The notes: a model not told the origin generated them from the letters alone. Counted from the stretch's first letter, positions 38,649 to 47,849 are shown. The stretch: 50,822 nucleotides of DNA from Bacteroidia bacterium (GCA_025054525.1 JANWZJ010000005.1:2458-53279); one strand, 5' to 3'. Numbers and translations are program-made.

Positions 38649-41117
38649 CTACCATTCCTCGTCATCTCCTGCAGGCCCTCCTCTTCTTCGCCGCCAGAAG
38701 TTTTCACCCATTTTCACTCGCTGATACCGCACCTGAACCCCTACCACCCGAAATGGAATACCATTCACGCTTTCTTGGTAGAAGTCCGCTGTCCGTAAGC
38801 GAGTAGTCAAGCGTAGGTATTGATAGAAGGGATTATACAGGATACCTCCGATGGACCAGCGACCTTGGGCAAAGGTCTTGCGCACGCCCAACTCCTGAAA
38901 CATAAATACTGGTCGTATGCCTTGGAGACTAATCCGAGGGGAGTTATAGTTACCTGAGAGTTCTACAAGCCAGCCCTTGGCGGGTCTCCACTGCAGCGAA
39001 CCGCGCACTTGATACTGCCAGCCGGTATTGCGCAGAAAGCGGCGACCTACATCTGCTCGCACATCTACCCAGGCCAGCTCGCCATTAGCTTGAAAGGTAA
39101 TCTTATCGCTCCAAAAAGTACGCCGATAAAAAAGATTAGCCCCGTAGAAGCCTCGTTCCCCGCTATTGAGGTAAGTCGTGTGCGTAACTCCCACAGCATC
39201 TACGAAACTATACTCCTGCACTACCCCCGTACTATACCGAGCGAAAAGGGAGATATACGGGAAAAACGAAAGTTCTACTGCGTGGGTGAGTTCGGGGTCT
39301 AAATAGGGGTTGCCATACTGGATGTTAAACGGGTCAGATGCGTCTATAAAAGGATTGAGTTCCTGTAGCCAAGGGCGCCGAATACGCTGGCTGTAGCTAA
39401 GCTGTAGGGGGAATAGTCCACGAACGCGATAACTGAATAAGAGATTGGGGAAGAGATTATGATATGTCTGGCGTATGGGGAGGGTGCCTTGCAGAAAGGC
39501 ACCTTGATTTGCGGTAAGCTCATAGCGAATCCCTCCCTTGATAAGCCAGCGGTCCTTTGCCCAAGAAAGAGAAAAATACGCAGCGGGAATAAGCTGAGCG
39601 TAGCTGAGGGTATCTTGGCGCCCTGGCACCAAAAGAAATGTCTCCGAGGAACGATCATAACGCTCGTAAAAGTACCCTGTAGCTAAACTGCGAAAGTTGA
39701 GTCGGAGTCCTGTTTCCACTTTCCAGCGCTGCTGGATAGGATGGGTGTAGTCTATTTGAACCTGACCTTCCCAGGAGGGGCCTTGATTCCGGCTGCGCTC
39801 TCGCAGGTAGAAAGTATCCGGCGAGGCAAGCTGATCCATCGTATAAAACTGCTTACGGATTTGATACCCCCCTTGTAGAGAAACTTGCAGTTCCCGTTCA
39901 GGATGCGCAGGGAATCGGTGGGTCCAGTCTATGTTAGCATTCACGCTGCGGTCTATGCTGGGAAAGCGTGCCTTGCGTACATACTCCACCCCATTCCACG
40001 AGCCGCCCTCCCATCGGACATTCAAATCATTGATGCGGTCAAAAAGTAAATCCCTGTAGCTCAGCCCCCACGAAAAGGAGTGGGCAGCATTCTTTATGAA
40101 TTCACCCGAATATGTGAGATTGGTAGAGTAGCGGCGCGGAAAAGAAGTACCTTCTTGCCAGAGTCGGGTCATGCCTAAAGGCGTCCGCTGCTCCCGCATG
40201 AAGTAGCTAAACCCTACACCCGCATATCTATACCGCCCTCCTATATTGAGCGTATGAGACCAGCGACCTACTTTGGCGCCTATGGTAGCACTTCCGTTAG
40301 CGATCTGAGTCGTGATACCGGCATTTGCGGTGAGGGAAATTCCTTCCAAACGATTGCGTTTGAGGACGATATTGAGGATGACTGCTCCTTCTGCTTCGTA
40401 TCGCGCCGATGGATTGGTAATCAGTTCTATGCGATCTATCTGGTCAGCAGGGACAGCCCGCAGTGCCTCCGCAGGATTAGAGGAGAACAAAAGCGAGGGC
40501 TTCCCATCCACATAGATGCGCACCGCCCCGCTACCGCGTACTTCTATGCGTCCCTCTAAATCTACATTCACCGTAGGGACTTTTCGCAGGACGTCCAAGG
40601 CGTCGCCTCCTTGGACCGTAGCGTCTTTGTCAGGAGTATAGACAATCTTTTCAGGCTGATATTCAATCGGATTGCGTTCAGCTTGAATCTCTACAGCTTG
40701 GAGCGTAACGCCCGTCTCGGTAAGAAAGATAGTGCCTAAGTTCAGGTCAGGACGAAGGGGAGTAGTTTCTACGATTTTTTCTGTGGGCGCATATCCCAAA
40801 GGTTGAATGTGCAACTTTAGCCGACCAATAGGCACATCTCGCAGACTAAATGCGCCTTTCTCATCGGATAAGGTACCAGTAATCAGCTTATCTCCCCGAT
40901 ACAAGGAAACAGGCACATAAGGCAAGGGCTCTTGCGAAACACTATCCTTAAGTATGCCTCGGATGGAGCCTTTCAGAATCTCTTCTTGGCGCGGGTCGGA
41001 CCTCTCGCCTCCTTCTCCTCTCCTGCGAGGCAAAAAAGGCCGTTCTCCCATGCCAGGTGGCTGTGCATATAGCCCTATAATGCACAAGCTAATGCATAAT
41101 CCGATAATCCTTCGCAC
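38649..41117 (-). CDS. TonB-dependent receptor-like outer-membrane beta-barrel with N-terminal carboxypeptidase-regulatory-like domain
   Basis: Signal peptide LYA|Q; plug DVLRKVP, IDRIELITNPSARYEAEG; YSQRIRRP, GNPYLDPE. Confidence 0.9.
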   Translation of the reverse strand: MRRIIGLCISLCIIGLYAQPPGMGERPFLPRRRGEGGERSDPRQEEILKGSIRGILKDSVSQEPLPYVPVSLYRGDKLITGTLSDEKGAFSLRDVPIGRLKLHIQPLGYAPTEKIVETTPLRPDLNLGTIFLTETGVTLQAVEIQAERNPIEYQPEKIVYTPDKDATVQGGDALDVLRKVPTVNVDLEGRIEVRGSGAVRIYVDGKPSLLFSSNPAEALRAVPADQIDRIELITNPSARYEAEGAVILNIVLKRNRLEGISLTANAGITTQIANGSATIGAKVGRWSHTLNIGGRYRYAGVGFSYFMREQRTPLGMTRLWQEGTSFPRRYSTNLTYSGEFIKNAAHSFSWGLSYRDLLFDRINDLNVRWEGGSWNGVEYVRKARFPSIDRSVNANIDWTHRFPAHPERELQVSLQGGYQIRKQFYTMDQLASPDTFYLRERSRNQGPSWEGQVQIDYTHPIQQRWKVETGLRLNFRSLATGYFYERYDRSSETFLLVPGRQDTLSYAQLIPAAYFSLSWAKDRWLIKGGIRYELTANQGAFLQGTLPIRQTYHNLFPNLLFSYRVRGLFPLQLSYSQRIRRPWLQELNPFIDASDPFNIQYGNPYLDPELTHAVELSFFPYISLFARYSTGVVQEYSFVDAVGVTHTTYLNSGERGFYGANLFYRRTFWSDKITFQANGELAWVDVRADVGRRFLRNTGWQYQVRGSLQWRPAKGWLVELSGNYNSPRISLQGIRPVFMFQELGVRKTFAQGRWSIGGILYNPFYQYLRLTTRLRTADFYQESVNGIPFRVVGVQVRYQRVKMGENFWRRRRGGPAGDDEEW

Positions 41118-41122
41118 TGGTG

Positions 41123-41130
41123 CTAATGTA
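41123..41130 (-). promoter_or_regulatory. -7 promoter element variant (OM receptor)
   Basis: TACATTAG (1 mismatch), 5 nt before GTG. Confidence 0.55.
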
Positions 41131-41183
41131 TTTAGAATTCAGAGGAAGATAGGAGGTTTAAGAGCTTATGCGCGCAGAAGCCA

Positions 41184-41191
41184 TATATTTG
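41184..41191 (+). promoter_or_regulatory. -7 promoter element (EGF lipoprotein)
   Basis: TATATTTG, 4 nt before ATG. Confidence 0.8.
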
Positions 41192-41195
41192 CTGT

Positions 41196-41717
41196 ATGCG
41201 GTATCCAGTATTGAGCTGGGGGCTTAGTCTTTTCCTGGTAGCAGTAGGCTTATCGGGCTGTGAGAAGGGTTCTTGTGAAGGAGTGGTATGTATGAATGGC
41301 GGTACTTGCCGCAACGGACGCTGCCGGTGCCCTGTGGGTTTTGAAGGAAGTCGCTGCGAAATCAAACTGACTGATCAGTGGATAGGGCAATACCAAGGCG
41401 AGGATCGCTGCATAATCTCGGGTATTATTCCTCCTTATAGCGTTTCTATTCAAGCCTCTCCTTCCTATGCAGACCTTATAGAGATAGAACGGTTTGCGAA
41501 TCTCACCTGTGAAGGAGCACCCGTCAAAGTACAAGCACAAGTCCAATCAGGCACCACCGCCCAGATTCCCCGTCAGAGCCTATGCAACCTTCGCTTCGTT
41601 ATGGAGGGGCGCGCTACTTACAATACCTCCCAGCGTTCTATCTTCATAGAATATAAGATTCATGACCGACAAAATAATGTGCAGGACTCGTGCTCCGCTA
41701 CCCTGTATAAGCGCTAA
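41196..41717 (+). CDS. Lipoprotein with EGF-like domain
   Basis: Lipobox LSG-C; CEGVVCMNGGTCRNGRCRCPVGFEGSRC. Confidence 0.88.
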   Translation: MRYPVLSWGLSLFLVAVGLSGCEKGSCEGVVCMNGGTCRNGRCRCPVGFEGSRCEIKLTDQWIGQYQGEDRCIISGIIPPYSVSIQASPSYADLIEIERFANLTCEGAPVKVQAQVQSGTTAQIPRQSLCNLRFVMEGRATYNTSQRSIFIEYKIHDRQNNVQDSCSATLYKR

Positions 41718-43681
41718 AGAATCTCTATTTCCACGCGCCTATTGTTTTGGCGTCCTTCCTCTGTCTCATTCGTATCTATGGGCCGACTCTCTCCATAGCC
41801 GACATACGAAAGACGCCCCGCCGATATTCCCCGCTGGATGAGGTACTCATACACAGATTTGGCTCTACTTTCGGAGAGGCGCTGATTGTACTCATCCGAA
41901 CCAAAACTGTCCGTATGCCCAGCAATCCTAATCTTTATGCTGGGATTCTCTATAAGAATCTGATATAGCCTTTCTAACTCTGCGCGCGACTCAGGACGCA
42001 GTGTAGCTCTATCAAAGTCAAAGAAGATATTGCGCAAGACGATAATAGTACCTGCTTTATATCGCTTAAGCCCTATGTCTTTGCGCACTTCGCGATAACC
42101 TTGGCTTTCCTCTACGATAAAGTTCTCCGAATGGAAGGCATAGTTAGGAGCCGTTACAGCGATACCATAGTTGCGTCCTGCGGGCAGAGAGATGAGATAT
42201 TTACCGCTGGCGGCATTAGAAGTAAGAACCGCTAAGGTTTCTGCTTTCGCATTATCTATGAGGGTTATGGTAGCCTCCAGCGGTTGATTATTCTCTGCAT
42301 CATAGATAATCCCTGTAAGCAGCGTAAGGTTCGGGCGGAAAGTGATGGTAGAAGGCTCAGAGGTTACATTTAGTTCATCAGTATCGGTTTTCTGCGCCAC
42401 GGGAGCCTCTTCTCGCAGCGTAGAGAAATCTATCATATAGATGTCCTTTTCCCCATAGGAATCTTCTCTTTCGCTGGCATAATAACCATGTAGGCCGCTT
42501 GCGGAGAGTACGAAGTAAATCTCATCGCCGGGGGTATTGATGGGATAGCCTAGATTCACGGGCGGTGCCCAAGAGCTATCAGGGCGCAGCTCTGTACGGA
42601 AAATATCAAACCCCCCCATGGAGCCCGGGCCATTAGAGGAGAAAAAGAGCGTTTTCCCATCGGGGTGGAAAAAGGGACCATCTTCGTCATAAGGGGTATT
42701 GACAGGAGGACCTAAGTTGATAGGTTTGCTCCAGCGCCCATTGGGCAGCCGGCGACACCAGTAAATATCCCTCCCTCCCATGCCGCCTGGTCGGTCCGAG
42801 ACGAAAAAGAGCGTGCGCTCATCAGCAGAAAGGCACACAGAAGGCTCCCAGTGTTTAGTATTGATGGGGCTGCCCATGTTTTTGGGATGCCCCCAGTTTT
42901 TGCCTTTGAGACGACTGATGAAAATATCCCCTCCATTCTCTGAGTTGAAGAGGAAGAGAGTCTGACCATCGGCAGAAAGGGCTACACAGGCATCATGAGC
43001 GGCAGTATTGAGCGGCGGACCTACATTTCGCGGGGTAGTCCAGCTCCCATCGCCTTTTTTCTCGCTGATGTATAAATCTTCATAGGGCAGACCATCAAAA
43101 GCTATGCCTCCTCCGGTACTTCCAGGCCGCCGAGAAGTGAAAAGAAGCACGCTTTCATCCGCCGAAATAACAGGAGCATAATCGGGATGGGGTGAATTCA
43201 CTGCACCGCCTAAGTTCTTAATGTCTACTTTGACTGGCTTCTCCAAGTAGCGTTCGGCACTTTTGAGGTGCTGGAGGGTGAGGGTGAGCCTATCACGAGA
43301 AGGGTCGTTAGCGGGTGTGCGTGCCAGAAGCCGCTCTACCAAGGGACGTGCTCGTTGAGGCTGTCCTATCCGCTGGAGCGCATCCGCATAGGCGGTTATG
43401 AGCTTAGGAGTGAAGTTAACCCCTATCTTTTCGGCTTTCTCAAAGTATTGGACAGCTTTGCGATTCTGCCGCAAACGCCACGCACAATAAGCGGCATTCA
43501 CAAATGCCTCGGCACTGTTAGGCGCCAGGTTGAGTGCTGCTTCGTATTCCTGCAGGGCATTCAAGTAATCCTCCATCTGCATGAGCTCTTCCCCTCGGCG
43601 CAAGTGCCGCTGTACATCCCGAGTTTGGGCTGCAGCGAGGGAGAAAGCTATAAGGAAGGTAGTTAGACGAAGTTTATACAT
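41714..43681 (-). CDS. PorE-like protein: TPR + PD40 propeller + carboxypeptidase-regulatory + OmpA_C
   Basis: TPRs; NLGxxVNS/T PD40 repeats; NIFFDFD, GHTD, LSESRA, NRRVE. Confidence 0.92.
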   Translation of the reverse strand: MYKLRLTTFLIAFSLAAAQTRDVQRHLRRGEELMQMEDYLNALQEYEAALNLAPNSAEAFVNAAYCAWRLRQNRKAVQYFEKAEKIGVNFTPKLITAYADALQRIGQPQRARPLVERLLARTPANDPSRDRLTLTLQHLKSAERYLEKPVKVDIKNLGGAVNSPHPDYAPVISADESVLLFTSRRPGSTGGGIAFDGLPYEDLYISEKKGDGSWTTPRNVGPPLNTAAHDACVALSADGQTLFLFNSENGGDIFISRLKGKNWGHPKNMGSPINTKHWEPSVCLSADERTLFFVSDRPGGMGGRDIYWCRRLPNGRWSKPINLGPPVNTPYDEDGPFFHPDGKTLFFSSNGPGSMGGFDIFRTELRPDSSWAPPVNLGYPINTPGDEIYFVLSASGLHGYYASEREDSYGEKDIYMIDFSTLREEAPVAQKTDTDELNVTSEPSTITFRPNLTLLTGIIYDAENNQPLEATITLIDNAKAETLAVLTSNAASGKYLISLPAGRNYGIAVTAPNYAFHSENFIVEESQGYREVRKDIGLKRYKAGTIIVLRNIFFDFDRATLRPESRAELERLYQILIENPSIKIRIAGHTDSFGSDEYNQRLSESRAKSVYEYLIQRGISAGRLSYVGYGESRPIDTNETEEGRQNNRRVEIEIL

Positions 43682-43685
43682 GAGA

Positions 43686-43693
43686 CAAAGATA
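43686..43693 (-). promoter_or_regulatory. -7 promoter element (PorE-like)
   Basis: TATCTTTG, 4 nt before ATG. Confidence 0.8.
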
Positions 43694-43705
43694 CCTAACT
43701 TGAAG

Positions 43706-44308
43706 TTAGATTTTGGGGGACTGAGGCTGGGCAGGATGCCCCCATACCCGTGCAAAGGCAGGCACATCTCGTAGAACTAAGCTGCCTGCCCCAACAATAG
43801 CTCCCTCCCCTACTTTGACATGCGGTACAATAAGCGCCCCCGTTCCAATAAAGCAAGAGTCGCCTACTTGGCTTCGGCATGCCAGCACCACCCCCGGAGA
43901 AATATGCGTGAAGGCTCCCACTCGGACGAAATGCTCTACGACAGCGCCAGTATTGATAATAGTGTGGGCCCCTATATAGGCTTGGCTATGGATTACCGCC
44001 CCTGCCATGACTACTACCCCCGGCTCCAATATAGCCGAAGGAGCCACATAGGCTCGGGGATGAATAAGCGGCGCCCCTATCCGATGACGCACTCGCAAGG
44101 AAAGATTGCGACGGATTGTATTATCCGTAATCGCTATAAGTACAGGAGATTCTGGCAGTATAGCGGGGTCGTAGGAGCCTAAGTATTTTTCCTTGGGCAG
44201 TAAGAAGCCCTCCTCCCTATCATCAAAAAAACCCTCCAACGGCTCGCCTAATAATGTGAGAATCTCGTAAAGGCTGTAGCCGTGGTCGCCGCCGCCGTAG
44301 AGAATCAC
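43706..44308 (-). CDS. Sugar O/N-acetyltransferase, NeuD/PglD family (hexapeptide repeat)
   Basis: ILYGGGDHG, IHPRA, INTGAVVEH, VGAGSLV, GHPA. Confidence 0.9.
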   Translation of the reverse strand: MILYGGGDHGYSLYEILTLLGEPLEGFFDDREEGFLLPKEKYLGSYDPAILPESPVLIAITDNTIRRNLSLRVRHRIGAPLIHPRAYVAPSAILEPGVVVMAGAVIHSQAYIGAHTIINTGAVVEHFVRVGAFTHISPGVVLACRSQVGDSCFIGTGALIVPHVKVGEGAIVGAGSLVLRDVPAFARVWGHPAQPQSPKI

Positions 44309-45426
44309 ATCATGAGCGGCATCGCCAAAAAGAGCGATTCAGAAGGAGGGGTTTGGGGCTCTGGTTCTATGACTACAGCGCGTCCCGGAGCCTCCATCCG
44401 CATGATAAACTCACTTGCTTGAATATGGTCTATCACACCGCCTAAGACACTGCCGCGAAAAGCTATCCGAAAATCAGGTCCCTCATATTCACAGGGAAGC
44501 GTCTCTTGTCCAGCGCGATTCTGGGCTACATCTTCCGCACGGAGCGTCAGGGTATTGCCCTCAAAACTTAGCCGAATAATACCTGTCGTTTTATCACTGA
44601 ATACCAAAAGACGCCGCAAAGCCCGCCGAAATCCTTCTGCCTGAATGCGTGCCACGTAGGGGGGCTTCTGCGGAATCACACTAAGATAATCAGGATAACG
44701 CGCATCAATCAAGCGGCATACCATATCCAAGAGCGGATGATGGAAAAGAGCTTGTCCTTCTGTGGGATAAAGCGTAAGGGTATCTCCTGTGGGGAAACCT
44801 TTGAGGGCTTGGCGTAGGGCTTCCAAAGCCCTCACAGGCAAAAGTAACTTAGGGGCACCACCTAACCGAATATCTTCCCGTTTCAGCCTGACAAGCGTGT
44901 GCGCATCCGTAGCCACAAAATAGGTATGCGTGTCAAAAAAGTCAAAATATACGCCTGTGAGTGCAAGCCTCGCATCATCTTTCGCAGCAGCAAAGGCGGT
45001 TTGTCCCACTACCTCTTCCAAGAGTTGTATGGGGAAACTTACTCCTTGCTGATTCTCAAGCTGGGGAAACTGCGGAAACTCTTCTGCCGGTACGCCTCCA
45101 AACTCGTATTGTCCATAGTTGGAAGTGATAGCTACCTTGAGGTCCTGCTGTTGGAAGGTAAGCACCTCATCTTCAGCAAATCCCCGCAGTAGCTCTAATA
45201 GCGGTTTGGGCAGGATAGAGAGCTGAACAGCATCACCTCCTTCGGGCACTATGGGTAATATAGTGCGCATACTAATCTCTAAGTCAGTGGCTCGCAGTTC
45301 TAACTCATCTCCTCGTTGATAAATCAGGATATTCTGAGTAATGGGGTAAATAGAACGGGTGGGGACTACCGATTGAACCCGACTAACCGCTTCTTTGAGC
45401 GCTTCGGCGCGCACACGAAAACCCAT
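44305..45426 (-). CDS. dnaN: DNA polymerase III beta sliding clamp
   Basis: ATDLEI, EEFP, LTGVY, VATDAHTL, RLIDARYPDY, LAMPL. Confidence 0.96.
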   Translation of the reverse strand: MGFRVRAEALKEAVSRVQSVVPTRSIYPITQNILIYQRGDELELRATDLEISMRTILPIVPEGGDAVQLSILPKPLLELLRGFAEDEVLTFQQQDLKVAITSNYGQYEFGGVPAEEFPQFPQLENQQGVSFPIQLLEEVVGQTAFAAAKDDARLALTGVYFDFFDTHTYFVATDAHTLVRLKREDIRLGGAPKLLLPVRALEALRQALKGFPTGDTLTLYPTEGQALFHHPLLDMVCRLIDARYPDYLSVIPQKPPYVARIQAEGFRRALRRLLVFSDKTTGIIRLSFEGNTLTLRAEDVAQNRAGQETLPCEYEGPDFRIAFRGSVLGGVIDHIQASEFIMRMEAPGRAVVIEPEPQTPPSESLFLAMPLMM

Positions 45427-45430
45427 ACAG

Positions 45431-45438
45431 CGAAGGTA
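45431..45438 (-). promoter_or_regulatory. -7 promoter element variant (dnaN)
   Basis: TACCTTCG (1 mismatch), 4 nt before ATG. Confidence 0.65.
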
Positions 45439-45475
45439 AAAACTTTTGGCCTTTCTCTCTCCACAAGTTATTATC

Positions 45476-45483
45476 TATCTTTG
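45476..45483 (+). promoter_or_regulatory. -7 promoter element (rsfS operon)
   Basis: TATCTTTG, 8 nt before ATG. Confidence 0.75.
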
Positions 45484-45491
45484 TAATAAAG

Positions 45492-45866
45492 ATGAGAGAT
45501 AGCCTGCCTCGGTCACTTTCAGGCGAAGAGCGCCTGCATCTCACGCTCCAAATTATCTCTGACAAAAAAGCTCAAAACATTGTGGGACTGGACATGCGCC
45601 ATCTCAACTATTTGCTCTGCGATTATTTCGTCGTAGCTACCACGGAGTCCGACCGACAAGCCCAAGCCATAGCCGATGCCCTCTTAGAGCAGCTCAAGGT
45701 AGTAGAAGGCAAACACTTCAGCTATCGGATGGAAGGCTACGAAACAGGCAAATGGATTCTCGTAGATATGGGAGATATTGTAGTGCATCTTCTTCAACCC
45801 GAACTGCGGGCTTACTATAGGCTGGAAGAACTATGGGGCGATGCCAAGAGTATATCATATGCCTGA
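45492..45866 (+). CDS. rsfS: Ribosome silencing factor
   Basis: DKKAQNI, DYFVVAT, WILVDMGDIVVH, YYRLEELWGDA. Confidence 0.96.
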   Translation: MRDSLPRSLSGEERLHLTLQIISDKKAQNIVGLDMRHLNYLLCDYFVVATTESDRQAQAIADALLEQLKVVEGKHFSYRMEGYETGKWILVDMGDIVVHLLQPELRAYYRLEELWGDAKSISYA

Positions 45867-46488
45867 AGGCTTCACACAGCTCTTCAATCCCAAAACTATA
45901 ATCTACACGGGCGGAATAGGTCTGCTCATGCTGGTAGTTTTCGCAGAGACAGGGCTACTGGTGGGGATTATATTCCCGGGCGATTCCTTGCTTTTTACTG
46001 CAGGTCTGCTCACAGCGGTAGATGTGGTCCGGCTGCCTTATGGGGTAGTGATTGCGGGAATAGCGATTTCGGCTTTCGCTGGCGACCAAAGCGGGTACTG
46101 GATAGGCTGGCGCGCAGGACAAGCCCTCTTTCATCGCCCTAAAAGTCTATTTTTCCGTCCGGAATATGTCCATATGACCAAAGCGTTCTACAACAAGTAT
46201 GGGTCTTGGATACTCATATTAGGCAAATTTCTGCCTATTATCCGAACTTTTGCCCCTCTTTTGGCTGGAGTGATTCATATGCCATACCTTCGTTTCCTAC
46301 TGGTGAGTGCCACAGGTTCATTCGCATGGCCTGCGGTGCTCGTAACCTTGGGCTACTTTTTAGGAGGCATGCCCTTGGTGCAGAAGTATTATGAATGGAT
46401 TATTCTGGGCATGGTCACTATAACAACAGGGCCCATTTTATGGCGAATCCTCTTCTCCTATCGGAAAAAAGTATCCACTCAATCATGA
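45859..46488 (+). CDS. DedA family membrane protein
   Basis: FAETGLLVG..FPGDSLLF, GDQSGYWIG, KFLPIIRTFAP; start 45859 preferred. Confidence 0.93.
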   Translation: MPEGFTQLFNPKTIIYTGGIGLLMLVVFAETGLLVGIIFPGDSLLFTAGLLTAVDVVRLPYGVVIAGIAISAFAGDQSGYWIGWRAGQALFHRPKSLFFRPEYVHMTKAFYNKYGSWILILGKFLPIIRTFAPLLAGVIHMPYLRFLLVSATGSFAWPAVLVTLGYFLGGMPLVQKYYEWIILGMVTITTGPILWRILFSYRKKVSTQS

Positions 46489-47849
46489 AAGAATCCCCAC
46501 TAATCTTAGAGGAATTTCTCGTTCCCACTTCTGAGCTGGAAGTGAAAGTCATCTTAGAACGACTTCAGTCCCACGCTTGCCTTCTCCTTAATGCTCTGGG
46601 CAGCTTGCTATATGTAGCCGATCCGATCCATGCACATAAGTTTCATTATGAGGCGGGGAGTGGTCTCACCCAGGCTCCAAGTCCTTCTACGTTTGAGGAA
46701 GGGGAAAGTCTCTTAGGGGAGGCTGTTCAATCTAAGCGTGTCCTTAGTCTAACGCTTCCTTCTCATAAACTCCATGAGCCTGCACTCTCCGCAATGTTAG
46801 AAGTACCTCAAATACAGTTCTTTGCTATTCCCCTCATATATCAGGGGAGAGCAGAAGGACTCTGGGTGGTCGCATCCAGCAACGCTCATATTAGCGAGAG
46901 CCTTCAACAGCCCGACTGGAAGGAATTTCTCTTCAAGTGGGCAGCTTATCTTCAGAGTTTGCGTGCTCGTCGTTATATTGAGTCCCTCTTAGAGCAGTCT
47001 CAAGTCCAGAATCAAGAGCTCATCAGCCGCGAAGAAGAACTACGCCAGAACTTAGAGGAACTGGCCGTTACCCAAGAGGAAATGCGCCGCACTCAACAGC
47101 TCCTCTCTAAACAAGCCCAATATCAGCATTTCCTCATAGACCTGTTCGTGATCATAGCAGGGGCTAATGCTTTTCGCTTCAGTAGCATAAGTAAGGTTTT
47201 TCTGGGACAAATCGGTCAGTTTATGGGGGCAAAAGTATTAGCTATGTTCAAAGCGGAGCCAGTACAGTGGAGGAATGTAGCATCTTGGAAGCCCAAAAAG
47301 ATTGCGGATGACTTGCCTCGCAGTTGGACTCCGCCTCCTACGCTCCAGGAGACCTTAGAAAAAAACCGCGTGTGTGTGAGTGCCTCCGCTTCCGAAATTC
47401 ATTTGGAGGGATATGTTCCTTTCTGGATAGTAGCTCCTTATTTCGTCCCTAAGGGCTTGGGTGGTGTCATGCTTTTGGGCTATGATGAACCTAAACCCAT
47501 AGATAGAGAAGAACAAAATCTGCTCCTTCATGCATCCATAGGATTTTTCGCCAGTTTAGAGCAAGTAGAACATACTCATGCAACGATTCGCAACATACTC
47601 CAAGACATAGCAGAGAAAGCCCACTTTCGCATACAGACCATGGAGTTAGATGGGAACAAGGGGGGAGACATACCGTGGTTAGATGAGATTCCCCTTGTAC
47701 AGAGAAACCTTTACCGAGAAGCCTTTAGCTATGCCTTGGCGGAGCGTCAGCATGTATGGCATCCCCCTCAAGAGATTGCATCTAATGAATTGTGTTTATT
47801 CCTCTATCCACACTGCTTGCGTCTCTCATGGAATGGAAGAAAATCATAA
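46485..47849 (+). CDS. GAF - coiled-coil - GAF-like sensor protein
   Basis: GESLLGEA..IPL GAF motif; EEELRQNLEELAVTQEEM coiled coil; start 46485 (ATGA overlap). Confidence 0.75.
   Translation: MKESPLILEEFLVPTSELEVKVILERLQSHACLLLNALGSLLYVADPIHAHKFHYEAGSGLTQAPSPSTFEEGESLLGEAVQSKRVLSLTLPSHKLHEPALSAMLEVPQIQFFAIPLIYQGRAEGLWVVASSNAHISESLQQPDWKEFLFKWAAYLQSLRARRYIESLLEQSQVQNQELISREEELRQNLEELAVTQEEMRRTQQLLSKQAQYQHFLIDLFVIIAGANAFRFSSISKVFLGQIGQFMGAKVLAMFKAEPVQWRNVASWKPKKIADDLPRSWTPPPTLQETLEKNRVCVSASASEIHLEGYVPFWIVAPYFVPKGLGGVMLLGYDEPKPIDREEQNLLLHASIGFFASLEQVEHTHATIRNILQDIAEKAHFRIQTMELDGNKGGDIPWLDEIPLVQRNLYREAFSYALAERQHVWHPPQEIASNELCLFLYPHCLRLSWNGRKS

Noticed and set aside
37549-41717. Integrative island at tRNA-Asn or tRNA-His
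   Set aside because: No integrase, no duplicated tRNA 3' end, and the genes carry native promoter boxes.
45457-45465. DnaA-box-like CTCTCCACA upstream of dnaN
   Set aside because: Single copy with two mismatches to TTATCCACA; not enough for oriC or an operator.
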